Below are positions 35,959 through 45,477 of a DNA stretch of 64,000 bases, piece by piece. The first letter of the stretch is position 1. Each line of letters opens with the position of its first letter. Under the pieces are notes generated by a model. The model ran no database searches. It was not told the DNA's origin and was given only the letters and a program-made list of their open reading frames with translations. The stretch is taken from sequence record MZ574431.2; one strand, 5' to 3'. The translations under genes were made by a program, and so were the position numbers.

Positions 35959-36426
35959 ATGACCTGCATCGTCTACCGCGACGGCGTCTTGGCTTGCGAT
36001 AGCTGGGTGCTCGACATCTGGACCAAGATTGGCCAGTTCCCCAAGATCGCAAAGCGCGAGACCAGGGACGGCGCGATCCTGTTCGCCGCGTCGGGCAACT
36101 CTGGCCACTGCAAGACCTTCCTCGACTGGGGCCGTGGCGATGGTTTCGCCGACTGGGTCAGCGGGCAGTACGAGCCCCCGAGCCTGGGCGAAGGCGATAA
36201 CACCGCCACGGGGATGGTTTTCATGCCTGATGGGAGTTGCGTGCGCTTCGATGCGGGTTTGCCTCCCTACGCGCTCCAGGGGCCGTTCTTTGCCATTGGC
36301 TCGGGGTCGTGGGTGGCGCTTGGCGCGCTTGAAGCGGGCGCGACCGCTGAGCAGGCCGTCGAGGCGGCGATCAAATGGGACGTTGGCACCAACGGCCCGG
36401 TAAGGAGCCTGAGACACCGTGATTAG
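35959..36426 (+). CDS. HslV/proteasome-like Ntn peptidase
   Basis: N-terminal Thr after Met (MTCIVYRDGVLACDS), FAIGSG...ALGA...AVEAA..WD. Confidence 0.8.
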   Translation: MTCIVYRDGVLACDSWVLDIWTKIGQFPKIAKRETRDGAILFAASGNSGHCKTFLDWGRGDGFADWVSGQYEPPSLGEGDNTATGMVFMPDGSCVRFDAGLPPYALQGPFFAIGSGSWVALGALEAGATAEQAVEAAIKWDVGTNGPVRSLRHRD

Positions 36427-36718
36427 CCTGACTATCACCGAGACCATCACCCGCCAGTACGTGCTCGAAGACATCCCGGAGAACTGGGCCATCATCGAGA
36501 AACTGCGCGAGGACATGCTGGGCGCCGGAAAGCCCCAGCTTCAAATCCTGGGCCTGACCCCGGCGCCGAAGGTCTCGTTGCCGCCGGTGCTGAAAGGCCA
36601 GGAAAAGGCTTCTCTCAAGGAGGTCACCGAATACTCGCTGACCACGCGCCGCCGCTACAACGGCGCAGCCTTCCGCGAGCACGGAACCCACGGCCACGTC
36701 AATCGAGACACCCTGTGA
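36419..36718 (+). CDS. hypothetical protein
   Basis: Packed. Confidence 0.6.
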   Translation: MISLTITETITRQYVLEDIPENWAIIEKLREDMLGAGKPQLQILGLTPAPKVSLPPVLKGQEKASLKEVTEYSLTTRRRYNGAAFREHGTHGHVNRDTL

Positions 36719-37224
36719 CCGACGAAGAAATCCAGAACCTGCCGCGTCTGGAGCCCAACTACGGCGGGACCTTCCTGCTGCTCAACCACGAGCGGTTCAT
36801 CCTGGCGCGTGGCGTCCCCGACTTCCAGTTGGGCGACTACATGAAGAAGAACGCCAGCGAGCAGCAACAGGTGAGGGTCTACAAGGAGGTCTATGTCGAC
36901 TGCGCCCATTGCCGGCGCGCGCGCGACATGGTCGCCAAGGCCTACCCCAACCTCGTGCGCAAGACGATCATCGAGCGGCTGCGCGAGCGCAAGGATCGCG
37001 AGACCTACTGGTGCAACACCTGCCAAGCCACGGGCTGGGTTCTGGAGCCGACGGCCGACGTGGTGGCGCGCCACGACATCATGACCTGGGAACGCAAGGT
37101 CGCCCTGCTCACCGACGCTGAACTGAAGGAAGCGATCCTGACGTCGAGCGATCTGAACTTCCGGCTGTATGGGCGCGGCTATCCGCCCAATGTCCTGGCC
37201 GCCGAGGCCGCCAAGCGCCTCTAG
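36715..37224 (+). CDS. hypothetical protein with two CxxC
   Basis: CAHC...CNTC; GTGA overlap. Confidence 0.7.
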   Translation: MTDEEIQNLPRLEPNYGGTFLLLNHERFILARGVPDFQLGDYMKKNASEQQQVRVYKEVYVDCAHCRRARDMVAKAYPNLVRKTIIERLRERKDRETYWCNTCQATGWVLEPTADVVARHDIMTWERKVALLTDAELKEAILTSSDLNFRLYGRGYPPNVLAAEAAKRL

Positions 37225-37233
37225 GAGATCATC

Positions 37234-37422
37234 ATGCTGCCGCAGTTCTGCACGATCTACTATCACCTCGACGGCGCCGTCACCCGCGTGCCCAACCAGG
37301 ACACCGGCATTGCCGCGTCCGCCGAGCAAAGCGGGGAGGCCGAGTTCGACGGCGGCATCTACCGCGCCGACGTCTACTGGGACACCCACGGCCGCGTCGA
37401 CATCTACCTGACGGAGCGCTGA
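37234..37422 (+). CDS. hypothetical protein
   Basis: AGGAG SD. Confidence 0.7.
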   Translation: MLPQFCTIYYHLDGAVTRVPNQDTGIAASAEQSGEAEFDGGIYRADVYWDTHGRVDIYLTER

Positions 37423-37424
37423 AG

Positions 37425-37823
37425 TTGACCAACGTCCTCTGGCTGATGCTGCTTCTCCAGATCAAGCACTTCGTGTTCGACTGGGTCTACCAGCCGCCCT
37501 ACATGTGGAAGAACAAGGGCACCTTCGGGCATTGGGGCGGTATCGTCCACTCGGGCCTGCACGCCGCCTGGACTGCCCTGATCCTGGCCCTGTTTGGCGG
37601 GGTGGTCCTGCCTCCTGACGCGGCCATGAAGGTGATCCCGTGGATCGCCTTGGGGGAGTTCATCGCCCACTATCTGATCGACTGGGCCAAGATGAACATC
37701 AACAGGAAGATGGGCTGGACGGCCACGACCCATCATGCCTTCTGGGTTCTGACGGGCTTCGACCAGCTTCTCCATCAACTCACCTATCTGGCGATCATCG
37801 CCTACTGGGTCACGTACTGGTAA
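37425..37823 (+). CDS. DUF3307 family membrane protein
   Basis: KHFVFDW..Q...K, HSGLH, HYLIDWAK, DQLLH. Confidence 0.85.
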   Translation: MTNVLWLMLLLQIKHFVFDWVYQPPYMWKNKGTFGHWGGIVHSGLHAAWTALILALFGGVVLPPDAAMKVIPWIALGEFIAHYLIDWAKMNINRKMGWTATTHHAFWVLTGFDQLLHQLTYLAIIAYWVTYW

Positions 37824-37827
37824 TCCG

Positions 37828-38556
37828 ATGGCCGATCACTTCTCGCCGATCTTGTTTTGGAAGGCCGATTACGACGGCTGGATGACCCCCAAGTCCGAGG
37901 GCGGCTTTGGTCCTGAAAACGCCCGCGAGGTGCTTGGGATCGAGGTCTATCACCACTATGGGGTGACGACGCACGAGGTGGTCGCCGGGACGGCGGCCGG
38001 CGAAGTGGTCTACAACCTGACCCGCACCCTGTGGCATGCCCCGCGCCCCGATGGCGGCGGCTTGCATGACGATGACCACACCTGGGAGGCCGACGAAACC
38101 CGATCGCCGGGCGGGCGTTCCAGGATGCAAATTTACAAGAACGAGAACTCCTCGCTCTGGGCCTTCAACCCCTACCGAATACAGGATGGCCCAGGCGCGC
38201 GCTGGTTTCACGAGGAGTATCGCGTCACCACGATCGGCGAACTTCTGGCCGAGGCCGCCGACTGCGAGCGCCATATCCTGGAGCACGGCGCCGAACTGGT
38301 CCAATGCCGCGACACCGTGCGCGGGCGCAAGCGGGTCAAGGACCTCAAGAGCCTGATCGAGAACCGCGAGTGGCTGCGCAAGATGATCCTCAAGCGCTGG
38401 CCCCAGACCGCCGTCTATCTCGACACGCCCCTGATCGCGCCGATGCACCTGCCGGCCGATCGCCTGGACGTCACCAAGTTCTCCGCCCAGCGGCTGGAGA
38501 GCTATCCCATCGTCAAAGCCCTCCTGGGAGATCACCCGTGCTCGTCTGGGTCCTGA
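37828..38556 (+). CDS. hypothetical protein
   Basis: Packed. Confidence 0.75.
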   Translation: MADHFSPILFWKADYDGWMTPKSEGGFGPENAREVLGIEVYHHYGVTTHEVVAGTAAGEVVYNLTRTLWHAPRPDGGGLHDDDHTWEADETRSPGGRSRMQIYKNENSSLWAFNPYRIQDGPGARWFHEEYRVTTIGELLAEAADCERHILEHGAELVQCRDTVRGRKRVKDLKSLIENREWLRKMILKRWPQTAVYLDTPLIAPMHLPADRLDVTKFSAQRLESYPIVKALLGDHPCSSGS

Positions 38557-38738
38557 CCATCACCATCTTCTACGGCAATAACGCGGGCGTCAGCGTCCAC
38601 CAGTCCGTCGTCGACAACATCGCCTCGGCCGAAAGCTGCAAGCAGCTTGCCAAGGTCCACACCTGGAACAACTCCAACCAGTACCGGACGCTGAACTCGA
38701 TCGCCGTCTGCGCGCCGGTCCGAAAGGCCAAGGTCTGA
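38538..38738 (+). CDS. small secreted or membrane-anchored protein
   Basis: GGGAG SD; hydrophobic N-terminus; two Cys. Confidence 0.65.
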   Translation: MLVWVLTITIFYGNNAGVSVHQSVVDNIASAESCKQLAKVHTWNNSNQYRTLNSIAVCAPVRKAKV

Positions 38739-39190
38739 TGCGCTACTATCTCGATTGCGAATTCGATGGGCACGGCGGTACGCTGCTGTCCATGGCGCTC
38801 TATCGCAAGGACTTCCGCTCCCTCTACATGGTCCGCGACGACGCCGAGCAGATCGCCAACAACGCCTGGGTCTGCGAGCACGTCCTGCCGGTCCTGCGCA
38901 AGTCGCCCTCGAACATCGCCATCCACACCATTCCGATCGCCGAGTTCGGTCCGACGCTGGCGGAATTCTTCAAGGGCGAGCAGCCCTACATCGTCGCCGA
39001 CTGGCCCGCCGACATCATCCACTTCTGCCAGCAGTTGATGATCCAGCCCGACAAGATGGCGGCGGTCCCCAACTTCGTCACCCAGGTCATCCGCATCCCC
39101 GACGCCTACGCCGACACGCCCTTCAAGAGCGCCGTGCGGCACAATGCCATGTGGGACGCGATCGTCCTCTGCGACGCCATCGAGCCTTGA
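38738..39190 (+). CDS. DEDD 3'-5' exoribonuclease (Rv2179c/RNase AS-like)
   Basis: YYLDCEF...SMAL...RHNAMWDA. Confidence 0.8.
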   Translation: MRYYLDCEFDGHGGTLLSMALYRKDFRSLYMVRDDAEQIANNAWVCEHVLPVLRKSPSNIAIHTIPIAEFGPTLAEFFKGEQPYIVADWPADIIHFCQQLMIQPDKMAAVPNFVTQVIRIPDAYADTPFKSAVRHNAMWDAIVLCDAIEP

Positions 39191-39266
39191 GTCACGAAGC
39201 CGACATAAGGTCAATACCCAGAAAGCTTGAGATCATTGTTAACGGCGCCTTGACGCGATCCACGTC

Positions 39267-39632
39267 ATGAGGAACAAAGGCGTACCCTGTTATTTGAGGT
39301 GTCCTGTGACTGCCCGCCCGCCGTGGATTGAATACCCGACGCATGATGGCGTGCAGGAGCGCTTGCGCTACTATGCCGACCCTCATGGCATCTGCCTGCA
39401 TTTCGAGCTTCACGACGTCCAGTTCGGCTATCCGCTGATCGACGGCGAGGCCCGCATCCGGGGGCACGTCAAATGGGACGGCACCCTCAACTGGGAAACC
39501 CACAAGAACCTTATGTGCCAGTTCATCGGTCCGGGAGACTCGATGCGGCTGCACCAATGGTTCCTGACCCTCTGGCGCCTGGGAAGGGATAACCTATCGC
39601 AATGGGACGCCGACATGGATGACCTGCTGTGA
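39267..39632 (+). CDS. hypothetical protein
   Basis: GTGA overlap with next; start uncertain. Confidence 0.6.
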   Translation: MRNKGVPCYLRCPVTARPPWIEYPTHDGVQERLRYYADPHGICLHFELHDVQFGYPLIDGEARIRGHVKWDGTLNWETHKNLMCQFIGPGDSMRLHQWFLTLWRLGRDNLSQWDADMDDLL

Positions 39633-40186
39633 GCCCCGAGGACATCGAATTCACCCAGCGCTGGTGGCGGCGCAAGGTTGCTGACGAGGCCGCCTTGCTG
39701 GCCTTCCTGATCAAGCTCCACCGCACCGAGTGGGAGGGCATGGTTGACAACAACGAGGCGGCCGTTCGCTGGGCCAAGGGCGACAACGTCGCCAGCAATA
39801 TCTTCCTGCAAACCGGCTACGACGAGGCGCGCCATGCCGATCTACTGGTTCCGCTGATCGAGGCCCGAGGCGGCTCTGTCGGCATTGGTCAGAACCCGCC
39901 GCCCTCCCTCTACTGGGAGGAGATGGACAAGGTCATCACCAGCCTGGAGACCTGCGCGGCCGTTCTGCACGTCGGTGAGCAACTGGCGGCCGATCGCTTT
40001 TCGGTCATGCTCGACATGCCCGAAACGCCGCAGGACATCCGGGGCTTCCTGGAGGAGGCCCTGCCCGACGAACGCCACCATGCTCGCGTCTTTGGCAAGC
40101 TGGCCGGCGAGGAGGCGATCGCCCTGGTCAGAGACCACCACGCCGCGACCGTGCGCCGGCTGATGGGCCTGCAAGGGGTCGAATGA
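39629..40186 (+). CDS. ferritin-like di-iron protein
   Basis: E...DEARH...E...DERHH, two ExxH pairs. Confidence 0.8.
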   Translation: MSPEDIEFTQRWWRRKVADEAALLAFLIKLHRTEWEGMVDNNEAAVRWAKGDNVASNIFLQTGYDEARHADLLVPLIEARGGSVGIGQNPPPSLYWEEMDKVITSLETCAAVLHVGEQLAADRFSVMLDMPETPQDIRGFLEEALPDERHHARVFGKLAGEEAIALVRDHHAATVRRLMGLQGVE

Positions 40187-40211
40187 TGCAGTGGTGGACG
40201 GAGAGGCGCCC

Positions 40212-40622
40212 ATGAACCAACTCTACCTGTGGAAGATGGGGGAAGCTCCCGAGCCGCCACCGGGGTTCGTCCTGCTCGACCTCCACCCCGCTTTCGACCC
40301 GTGGGTGCTTCTGGAGCGCACCAAAGGCGCGCCGGTGCCTGAAGACCTGATCCCCCTGGCTCAGGTCCATCATGCCCTGAACGCGGTGCTCCACAGCGTC
40401 AACAAGGGCTCGTGGATGCGCTGGTTCGGTGGCCCCATGCCCGTGGCGCCGGGCGTGCTGGTCGACGTCGAACACCGCGATGGGCGAACCTACTTCCGGC
40501 AGTTTGCTGGCTCCGAGGAAGGCGCCGCCTGCGAGTGGGAGCATGGTGATGGCGGGGACGCTCCCACCGATCCCGCTGACATCATCGCCTACCGTCGGAG
40601 CCCGCCGCGTGGACAAATATAG
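40212..40622 (+). CDS. hypothetical protein (GGPMPV...VDV..RDG...DIIAYR motif)
   Basis: GAGAGG SD. Confidence 0.7.
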   Translation: MNQLYLWKMGEAPEPPPGFVLLDLHPAFDPWVLLERTKGAPVPEDLIPLAQVHHALNAVLHSVNKGSWMRWFGGPMPVAPGVLVDVEHRDGRTYFRQFAGSEEGAACEWEHGDGGDAPTDPADIIAYRRSPPRGQI

Positions 40623-40884
40623 GACGCCTGCGGACTTCAAGGACCTCGTCCTCAAGACCGCCCATCTCCTGGCCCAACAGCGCCTCGACGACTGGGCCAA
40701 GATCGCGCCACGGATCACGGCCAAGGTGCATCGGCACAAGATCGTTTTCGAGGTTGGCGCCGCCCAGGTCACCATCGATTGCGACGCCCAGGTCATGACG
40801 CCACCCACGGCCCTGGCCGTCGCGGTGCTCAAGGACATTGATCTGCACTGGAGACACGCCATCCGCAGCCGGCCCGCCGCATGA
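40609..40884 (+). CDS. hypothetical protein
   Basis: GGAG SD before GTG. Confidence 0.65.
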   Translation: MDKYRTPADFKDLVLKTAHLLAQQRLDDWAKIAPRITAKVHRHKIVFEVGAAQVTIDCDAQVMTPPTALAVAVLKDIDLHWRHAIRSRPAA

Positions 40885-41117
40885 GCAAGCGAACCTGCGT
40901 CAACCCCGCCTGTCGCACCCGTTTCAATCCCGACCACCGGGGACACTTCTGGTGTCAGCAGATGTGCCGCCAATCGCACTTCAAGGCCGAGACTGGCAAG
41001 CACCTCTCGGGCGCTTTTGGGTTCGGGACTGATCCCAACCTCGTTCGAGGCTTCGACGAGAAGTGGATCAGGAACTTCGGCCGGGTCAAGCCCATGAAAA
41101 AGAAAGTAAAAGCGTGA
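40881..41117 (+). CDS. small Zn-binding protein
   Basis: CVNPAC...WCQQMC. Confidence 0.7.
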   Translation: MSKRTCVNPACRTRFNPDHRGHFWCQQMCRQSHFKAETGKHLSGAFGFGTDPNLVRGFDEKWIRNFGRVKPMKKKVKA

Positions 41118-41317
41118 GTATCACCGTCACCACCACGACGATTTCCTACCGCTATTTCGCCCGCAAGACCCGCGACTGGCTGGCCAACCACATCCAGACC
41201 CTGCACGACATGCTGGATCAGCCCAGGCCGGACCACAACGCGCTCATGGCCAAGGACAAGGCGACCCTGGTCCGCGAGGCCATGAACCTTCACGCCAAGC
41301 TCCCGGACGACGAATGA
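41114..41317 (+). CDS. hypothetical protein
   Basis: GTGA/ATGA overlaps. Confidence 0.7.
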   Translation: MSITVTTTTISYRYFARKTRDWLANHIQTLHDMLDQPRPDHNALMAKDKATLVREAMNLHAKLPDDE

Positions 41318-42264
41318 AAGACCTCTGCGACGAGTTCTGCCAGCGTTATGGGGTACAGCTTCTCGACGAGATCGTCGCGGCGGCGACCGACGGCGTTCAC
41401 TATCCCCACATCTGGGTCGAGAAGGTCGAAAAGCACAACAGTCTCAACTACACCTACACCGGACGGGCGATCATCGCTTACGCCACCTGGGTGACGTTCG
41501 TCATTGAGAACGGCGATAGCAACGGCACTTGGATGTCCGATTACGATGAGCGGACCATGGCGCGCGTCTTCGATATGATGCTGGCGCCGGCGTCCACGCC
41601 TGTCGAGCAGTTGTCGATCGACCTCAATCACTACCTGTCCTTGACCCTGCGCGACAAGGGCGACCTGCGCGGCGTCTTCCGTCAGACCGAGAAGGCGTTT
41701 GGAGCCAAGCTCCTACATAGCCGCGAGGAGATGAAGGCCTTCGAGGACTTCGCTGCGGCTCGCCGGCTGATCTGTGCCATCAATACCTCCTCGACCATCG
41801 CCAAGAAGGTCTCCGAGGAAGACCTGACGACGGCGCGCATCGCCTATCTGCAAGCGGCCGACAAGTGGTTCCAGGCTCTGCGCCGCAAGCTGCCCCCGCG
41901 CCGGGCCAAGGATGAACTGCGCCTGAAGGCCAGCGCTTTCTTCTTGCTGCTCGGCGAGCACTTCTTCGGCGAAGGTCGCTGCAACGCCGCTGCCTTGGCC
42001 AAGCGGGCTGGACGCCTGTGGGCCGAGAAGCAGTACGTCCTGGTCTCCGACACGATCCCGTCGAAAAACGACTTCCAGACCCATCGCATCCCCGCCCGCG
42101 ATCTGGCGCGCCTCTATCAAGTTCCGCTTGCGCTGTGTCACATCTGGCGTCATGATGAGGCTGAAAGTGTCAAGGCCCGCCTGCGAAAGCAGTGGGAGAA
42201 CTTGATCTGGCTTTATCCAGACTACTCGGGGACCTACGAGATTGAACCGACCCAACCCGGATAG
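41314..42264 (+). CDS. hypothetical, probably multidomain protein
   Basis: 316 aa; ATGA overlap. Confidence 0.75.
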   Translation: MKDLCDEFCQRYGVQLLDEIVAAATDGVHYPHIWVEKVEKHNSLNYTYTGRAIIAYATWVTFVIENGDSNGTWMSDYDERTMARVFDMMLAPASTPVEQLSIDLNHYLSLTLRDKGDLRGVFRQTEKAFGAKLLHSREEMKAFEDFAAARRLICAINTSSTIAKKVSEEDLTTARIAYLQAADKWFQALRRKLPPRRAKDELRLKASAFFLLLGEHFFGEGRCNAAALAKRAGRLWAEKQYVLVSDTIPSKNDFQTHRIPARDLARLYQVPLALCHIWRHDEAESVKARLRKQWENLIWLYPDYSGTYEIEPTQPG

Positions 42265-42517
42265 GCGCTCCTTCCTGGCCCTGCTGGGCATCGCCGGCGG
42301 GGCGTTTGGCGTAGGCCTGGGCGGCGGCGCTGTCGCCCTGGCTCCGAAAGCCGCGCCGGCTGCGCTGCCCGCCGTGACAGGCGTCGCCGACTGCGTGCTG
42401 ATGTCCGACGGCGAGGCCATGCGGTGGGAAAAGCTCTACAAGGCGGGCTACATCAGCCACGCTGAAATCTGCCGTCAACTCGGCTACCCGCCGCTCGATA
42501 TGTTGGAGCACCTGTGA
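42242..42517 (+). CDS. small protein with twin-arginine (Tat)-like signal
   Basis: DRRSFLALLG, a hydrophobic stretch, then AxA. Confidence 0.65.
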   Translation: MNRPNPDRRSFLALLGIAGGAFGVGLGGGAVALAPKAAPAALPAVTGVADCVLMSDGEAMRWEKLYKAGYISHAEICRQLGYPPLDMLEHL

Positions 42518-42909
42518 TCAAAGACCCTCACCTGCTGCGCGACGGGGACATCATCACGCTCAAGGGCGTCTATGAGGCCAATGGCGGTGTCCCTCGCGTC
42601 AACCTGGGTTGCCAGCAGATCGATCTGGACAATTCTGTCAAAGAGATCGCCGTGGATGTCACCCATATTTTCCATCCCGGCGACGAGGTTCGAACGCCCG
42701 AGGGCAAGGGCATTGTCGCCCAGGGTCTGAACCGCAGAGGCCATCTTCTCCCCGAAAATGAGCCGGCCTTCGCCTATCTCGTCGACATCCAGAGAGACCC
42801 CTATCGGGAACTGGGCAGCACGCCCGCCTTTGAGGGCCTCACCATCCTTTCGCCCGGCAAGTTGACGCTGCTCAACCGCGCCTTGAAACTCGACCTGGAC
42901 ATCGACTGA
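42514..42909 (+). CDS. hypothetical protein
   Basis: GGAG SD, GTGA overlap. Confidence 0.7.
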   Translation: MIKDPHLLRDGDIITLKGVYEANGGVPRVNLGCQQIDLDNSVKEIAVDVTHIFHPGDEVRTPEGKGIVAQGLNRRGHLLPENEPAFAYLVDIQRDPYRELGSTPAFEGLTILSPGKLTLLNRALKLDLDID

Positions 42910-43148
42910 TGAAACGCCTTCTCGCCCTGGCCGCCGCCAGCCTTCTGCTCGCCGGCTGCACTCTGAGAGAAGACCGCGCCGAGGCGCAGTCCAAAGCCCT
43001 GAATCAGTCGAGCTATGGTCGCGACGGCCGCACGGGCCTGTGCTTCAACACCACCTTCATCATCGTCAACGGTAACTACCAGTTCTCGCATACGAATGTG
43101 CCCTGCACGCCCGAGGTGCAGGCTCAGATCAGAAAGCCCGAGCAGTGA
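42909..43148 (+). CDS. putative lipoprotein
   Basis: MKRLLALAAASLLLAGC lipobox. Confidence 0.8.
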   Translation: MKRLLALAAASLLLAGCTLREDRAEAQSKALNQSSYGRDGRTGLCFNTTFIIVNGNYQFSHTNVPCTPEVQAQIRKPEQ

Positions 43149-43561
43149 ACAACGACCACTATCTTGACAAGCCGATCATGCGCTCGTTCAGCGTGCGCGC
43201 CGGCCCGCTCTATGTGGTGGTCTACGAGATCGAGGCCCATGAAGGCCCCGAGGTTCAGCTTCACTACTATGTCGACGACGTCCTGATGGCGCTGCTGCCC
43301 GAGCGGGCCATCAAGCTGCTCAGGTTGAACCGCGACGGCATCAGCCAGTACCTGAAGGCCGAGGACGACTCCTTCAGCGTCCTCTACGACGAGGACGCAG
43401 GTACGGTGATGCGCCTGCGTCGTCGGCCCGACGGCGCCGGCCCCGTGCTGCGCCTGGAGCACTACGGCATGACGATCGCCAATCTGACCGCCGGCCTCGC
43501 CGAGGTCGATGTGATCCTTCAGGCCTATGGCCGGTATCTCGCGAACAAGGAAAAACCGTGA
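43145..43561 (+). CDS. hypothetical protein
   Basis: GTGA overlaps. Confidence 0.7.
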   Translation: MNNDHYLDKPIMRSFSVRAGPLYVVVYEIEAHEGPEVQLHYYVDDVLMALLPERAIKLLRLNRDGISQYLKAEDDSFSVLYDEDAGTVMRLRRRPDGAGPVLRLEHYGMTIANLTAGLAEVDVILQAYGRYLANKEKP

Positions 43562-44001
43562 CCGATCCCGAAAACCGCGACTACACCGTCTGCTACCTGC
43601 TGATGCGCACCGACCTGAAGTCGCTGTGCGCCGGCAAGGCGATGGCCCAGGCCCACCACGCCGCCCTCCAGATGGAACAGGACGCCAAGTCCTGGACCCC
43701 GGAGCAGCAGGAGGTCTTCGCCCGCTATCGCACCGAGGCCAAGGGCTTTGGCACCACGATCGTCCTGGGCGTCACCGCCCAGGAGATGCGCGCGGCCCTG
43801 ATCCGCGCCCGTGACCTGGGCTACAATCACGCCGTGGTCAACGATCCCGAGTACCCTCTGATGGACGGCGGGTTCCTGCATCACATCCCGCTCGACACCT
43901 GCGCCTACGTCTTCGGCGAGAAGCGCTTTGTCGAGAACGCGGTGATCAAGCTGGACCTGCTGCGCCGCGCCAGTCTATGGCAGCCGGCGGTCAAGGCGTG
44001 A
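43558..44001 (+). CDS. PTH2-family peptidyl-tRNA hydrolase-like protein
   Basis: YLLMRTDL...GKAMAQAHHAA...TIVL...VNDP. Confidence 0.75.
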   Translation: MTDPENRDYTVCYLLMRTDLKSLCAGKAMAQAHHAALQMEQDAKSWTPEQQEVFARYRTEAKGFGTTIVLGVTAQEMRAALIRARDLGYNHAVVNDPEYPLMDGGFLHHIPLDTCAYVFGEKRFVENAVIKLDLLRRASLWQPAVKA

Positions 44002-44438
44002 GCGACCGCAAGTTCAACCCTCACCAGCTTCGCATCTCCCTGGCCAACAAGGGCTATGGCTTTCAGGACATCGCCAAGCTGATCCGAGGCCAGAAGCTGC
44101 GGGACGCCCTGGACGCGGCCGAGGACCTGGACGCGGTCAAGGCCGTGGTCCACACCCTGATCACCGGGCTCTACGGCGATCACGAGTACCTGCGCAATCC
44201 GCCGCACAACTTCACAGGCCCGCTGAAGAAGAACGTCAAGGTCATTCTGGAGCAGTACCCAGGGCCGAACCGCTATGGCCGCATCGTGGCGGTCCGAGAG
44301 CCAGAGACGGCCGGCGGCGAGCGCGACGTTGACGTGCGCATCTATGAGGGTCCTGGCAAGGGCGAGGTCATCTTCATGACCGAGAACGAGTTCCGATCCC
44401 TGGCCCAGCCGCTCGAAGACCACATCCCGTTCGAATAG
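43998..44438 (+). CDS. hypothetical protein
   Basis: GTGA overlap. Confidence 0.7.
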   Translation: MSDRKFNPHQLRISLANKGYGFQDIAKLIRGQKLRDALDAAEDLDAVKAVVHTLITGLYGDHEYLRNPPHNFTGPLKKNVKVILEQYPGPNRYGRIVAVREPETAGGERDVDVRIYEGPGKGEVIFMTENEFRSLAQPLEDHIPFE

Positions 44439-44446
44439 GAGCCGTC

Positions 44447-44734
44447 ATGGCCACGAAGTTCAAGGTCGCGCTCAGCGACGTCATGCAGGCGCTCGACCTC
44501 AACAAGCTCAACATCGTCGGCGCCGGCTATTCGACCTCCGACCTGAACGTCATGCCGGCCGATCTGGAGCGCGATAACGGCTTGGCCGACGAGATCGTTT
44601 TCCTGGTCGAGGACGATCGCCTGCCCGACGGCGAGACCGTCGAACTGGATTTGAAGTTCCACTCGGACGGCAGCGTCACCCTGCTGCGGATCGGCGATCT
44701 CGACGTCCAGGACGAAGAAGGCGGCTGGGACTGA
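44447..44734 (+). CDS. acidic hypothetical protein
   Basis: AGGAG SD. Confidence 0.75.
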   Translation: MATKFKVALSDVMQALDLNKLNIVGAGYSTSDLNVMPADLERDNGLADEIVFLVEDDRLPDGETVELDLKFHSDGSVTLLRIGDLDVQDEEGGWD

Positions 44735-44745
44735 CGTCAAGCCCC

Positions 44746-44775
44746 TTGACATGGTGACACGGTTCGCGTCATGTG
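44746..44775 (+). promoter_or_regulatory. putative promoter
   Basis: Intergenic TTGACA with ACATG/CATGT flanking repeat; weak -10; lacks the upstream motif. Confidence 0.4.
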
Positions 44776-44796
44776 CGCCTGAACCTGGAGTTAACC

Positions 44797-45477
44797 ATGT
44801 TGCCGACGCCCGATCCCCGCCAGCAGGACGATCTCTTCACCCATCGCCTCGCTTGGCGCGCCGCCCTGGTCGACTGCCTGGAGCGAGGGAAGAACGACGA
44901 GGCCAGCCGCACCTACTGGCAGCACGAATTGAAGGTGTTCGACCGCGTCTTCCATAACCTGGAAGTCAATCGCAGTCCTCACCTCCAGATCGGCCAGCAG
45001 GCGCGCATCCGTCTTGACGAGGATGCGCCGTGGACGGCCGACTGGCAGAACCAGACCTACTGGATCGTCGGCGTCCGCTACTGGGCCGAGCCGTACGGGC
45101 CGCCCAAGCTTTCCTACGACCTTTCCGAGGTCTGGCCGCCCAAGCAGGGCTCCATCACCACCGAATTCGACGATCAATACGTGAGGGAAGCATGTGACCT
45201 ACGTCCGCCAAATCGAGGTCAAGACCATCGTTCGCGTCGAGGTCGACGAGACCAAGTTCACGCCGGAGTTCATGGAGGAATACTCCAAATACTTCAACTT
45301 CCGCGATACGGTCGAGGAGCATCAGGAGTATCTGGGGCGCATCTTCGCCGCCGGCATCATCGACGGCTTCCAGGAGGAGTTCGTCGAAGGCTACGGCAAG
45401 CTCAAGGACATGGGCATCCGGCTCAGCCTGTTGCAGGAAACCGCCGAGGTTCTCCACGAGCAAGACGAGGTCTATGA
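44797..45477 (+). CDS. hypothetical protein; C-terminal ~95 codons overlap the next gene
   Basis: GGAG SD; coding-like only to about 45197. Confidence 0.6.
   Translation: MLPTPDPRQQDDLFTHRLAWRAALVDCLERGKNDEASRTYWQHELKVFDRVFHNLEVNRSPHLQIGQQARIRLDEDAPWTADWQNQTYWIVGVRYWAEPYGPPKLSYDLSEVWPPKQGSITTEFDDQYVREACDLRPPNRGQDHRSRRGRRDQVHAGVHGGILQILQLPRYGRGASGVSGAHLRRRHHRRLPGGVRRRLRQAQGHGHPAQPVAGNRRGSPRARRGL

Noticed and set aside
42909-43561. Lipoprotein as an o-spanin of a lysis cassette
   Set aside because: No adjacent i-spanin, holin or endolysin.
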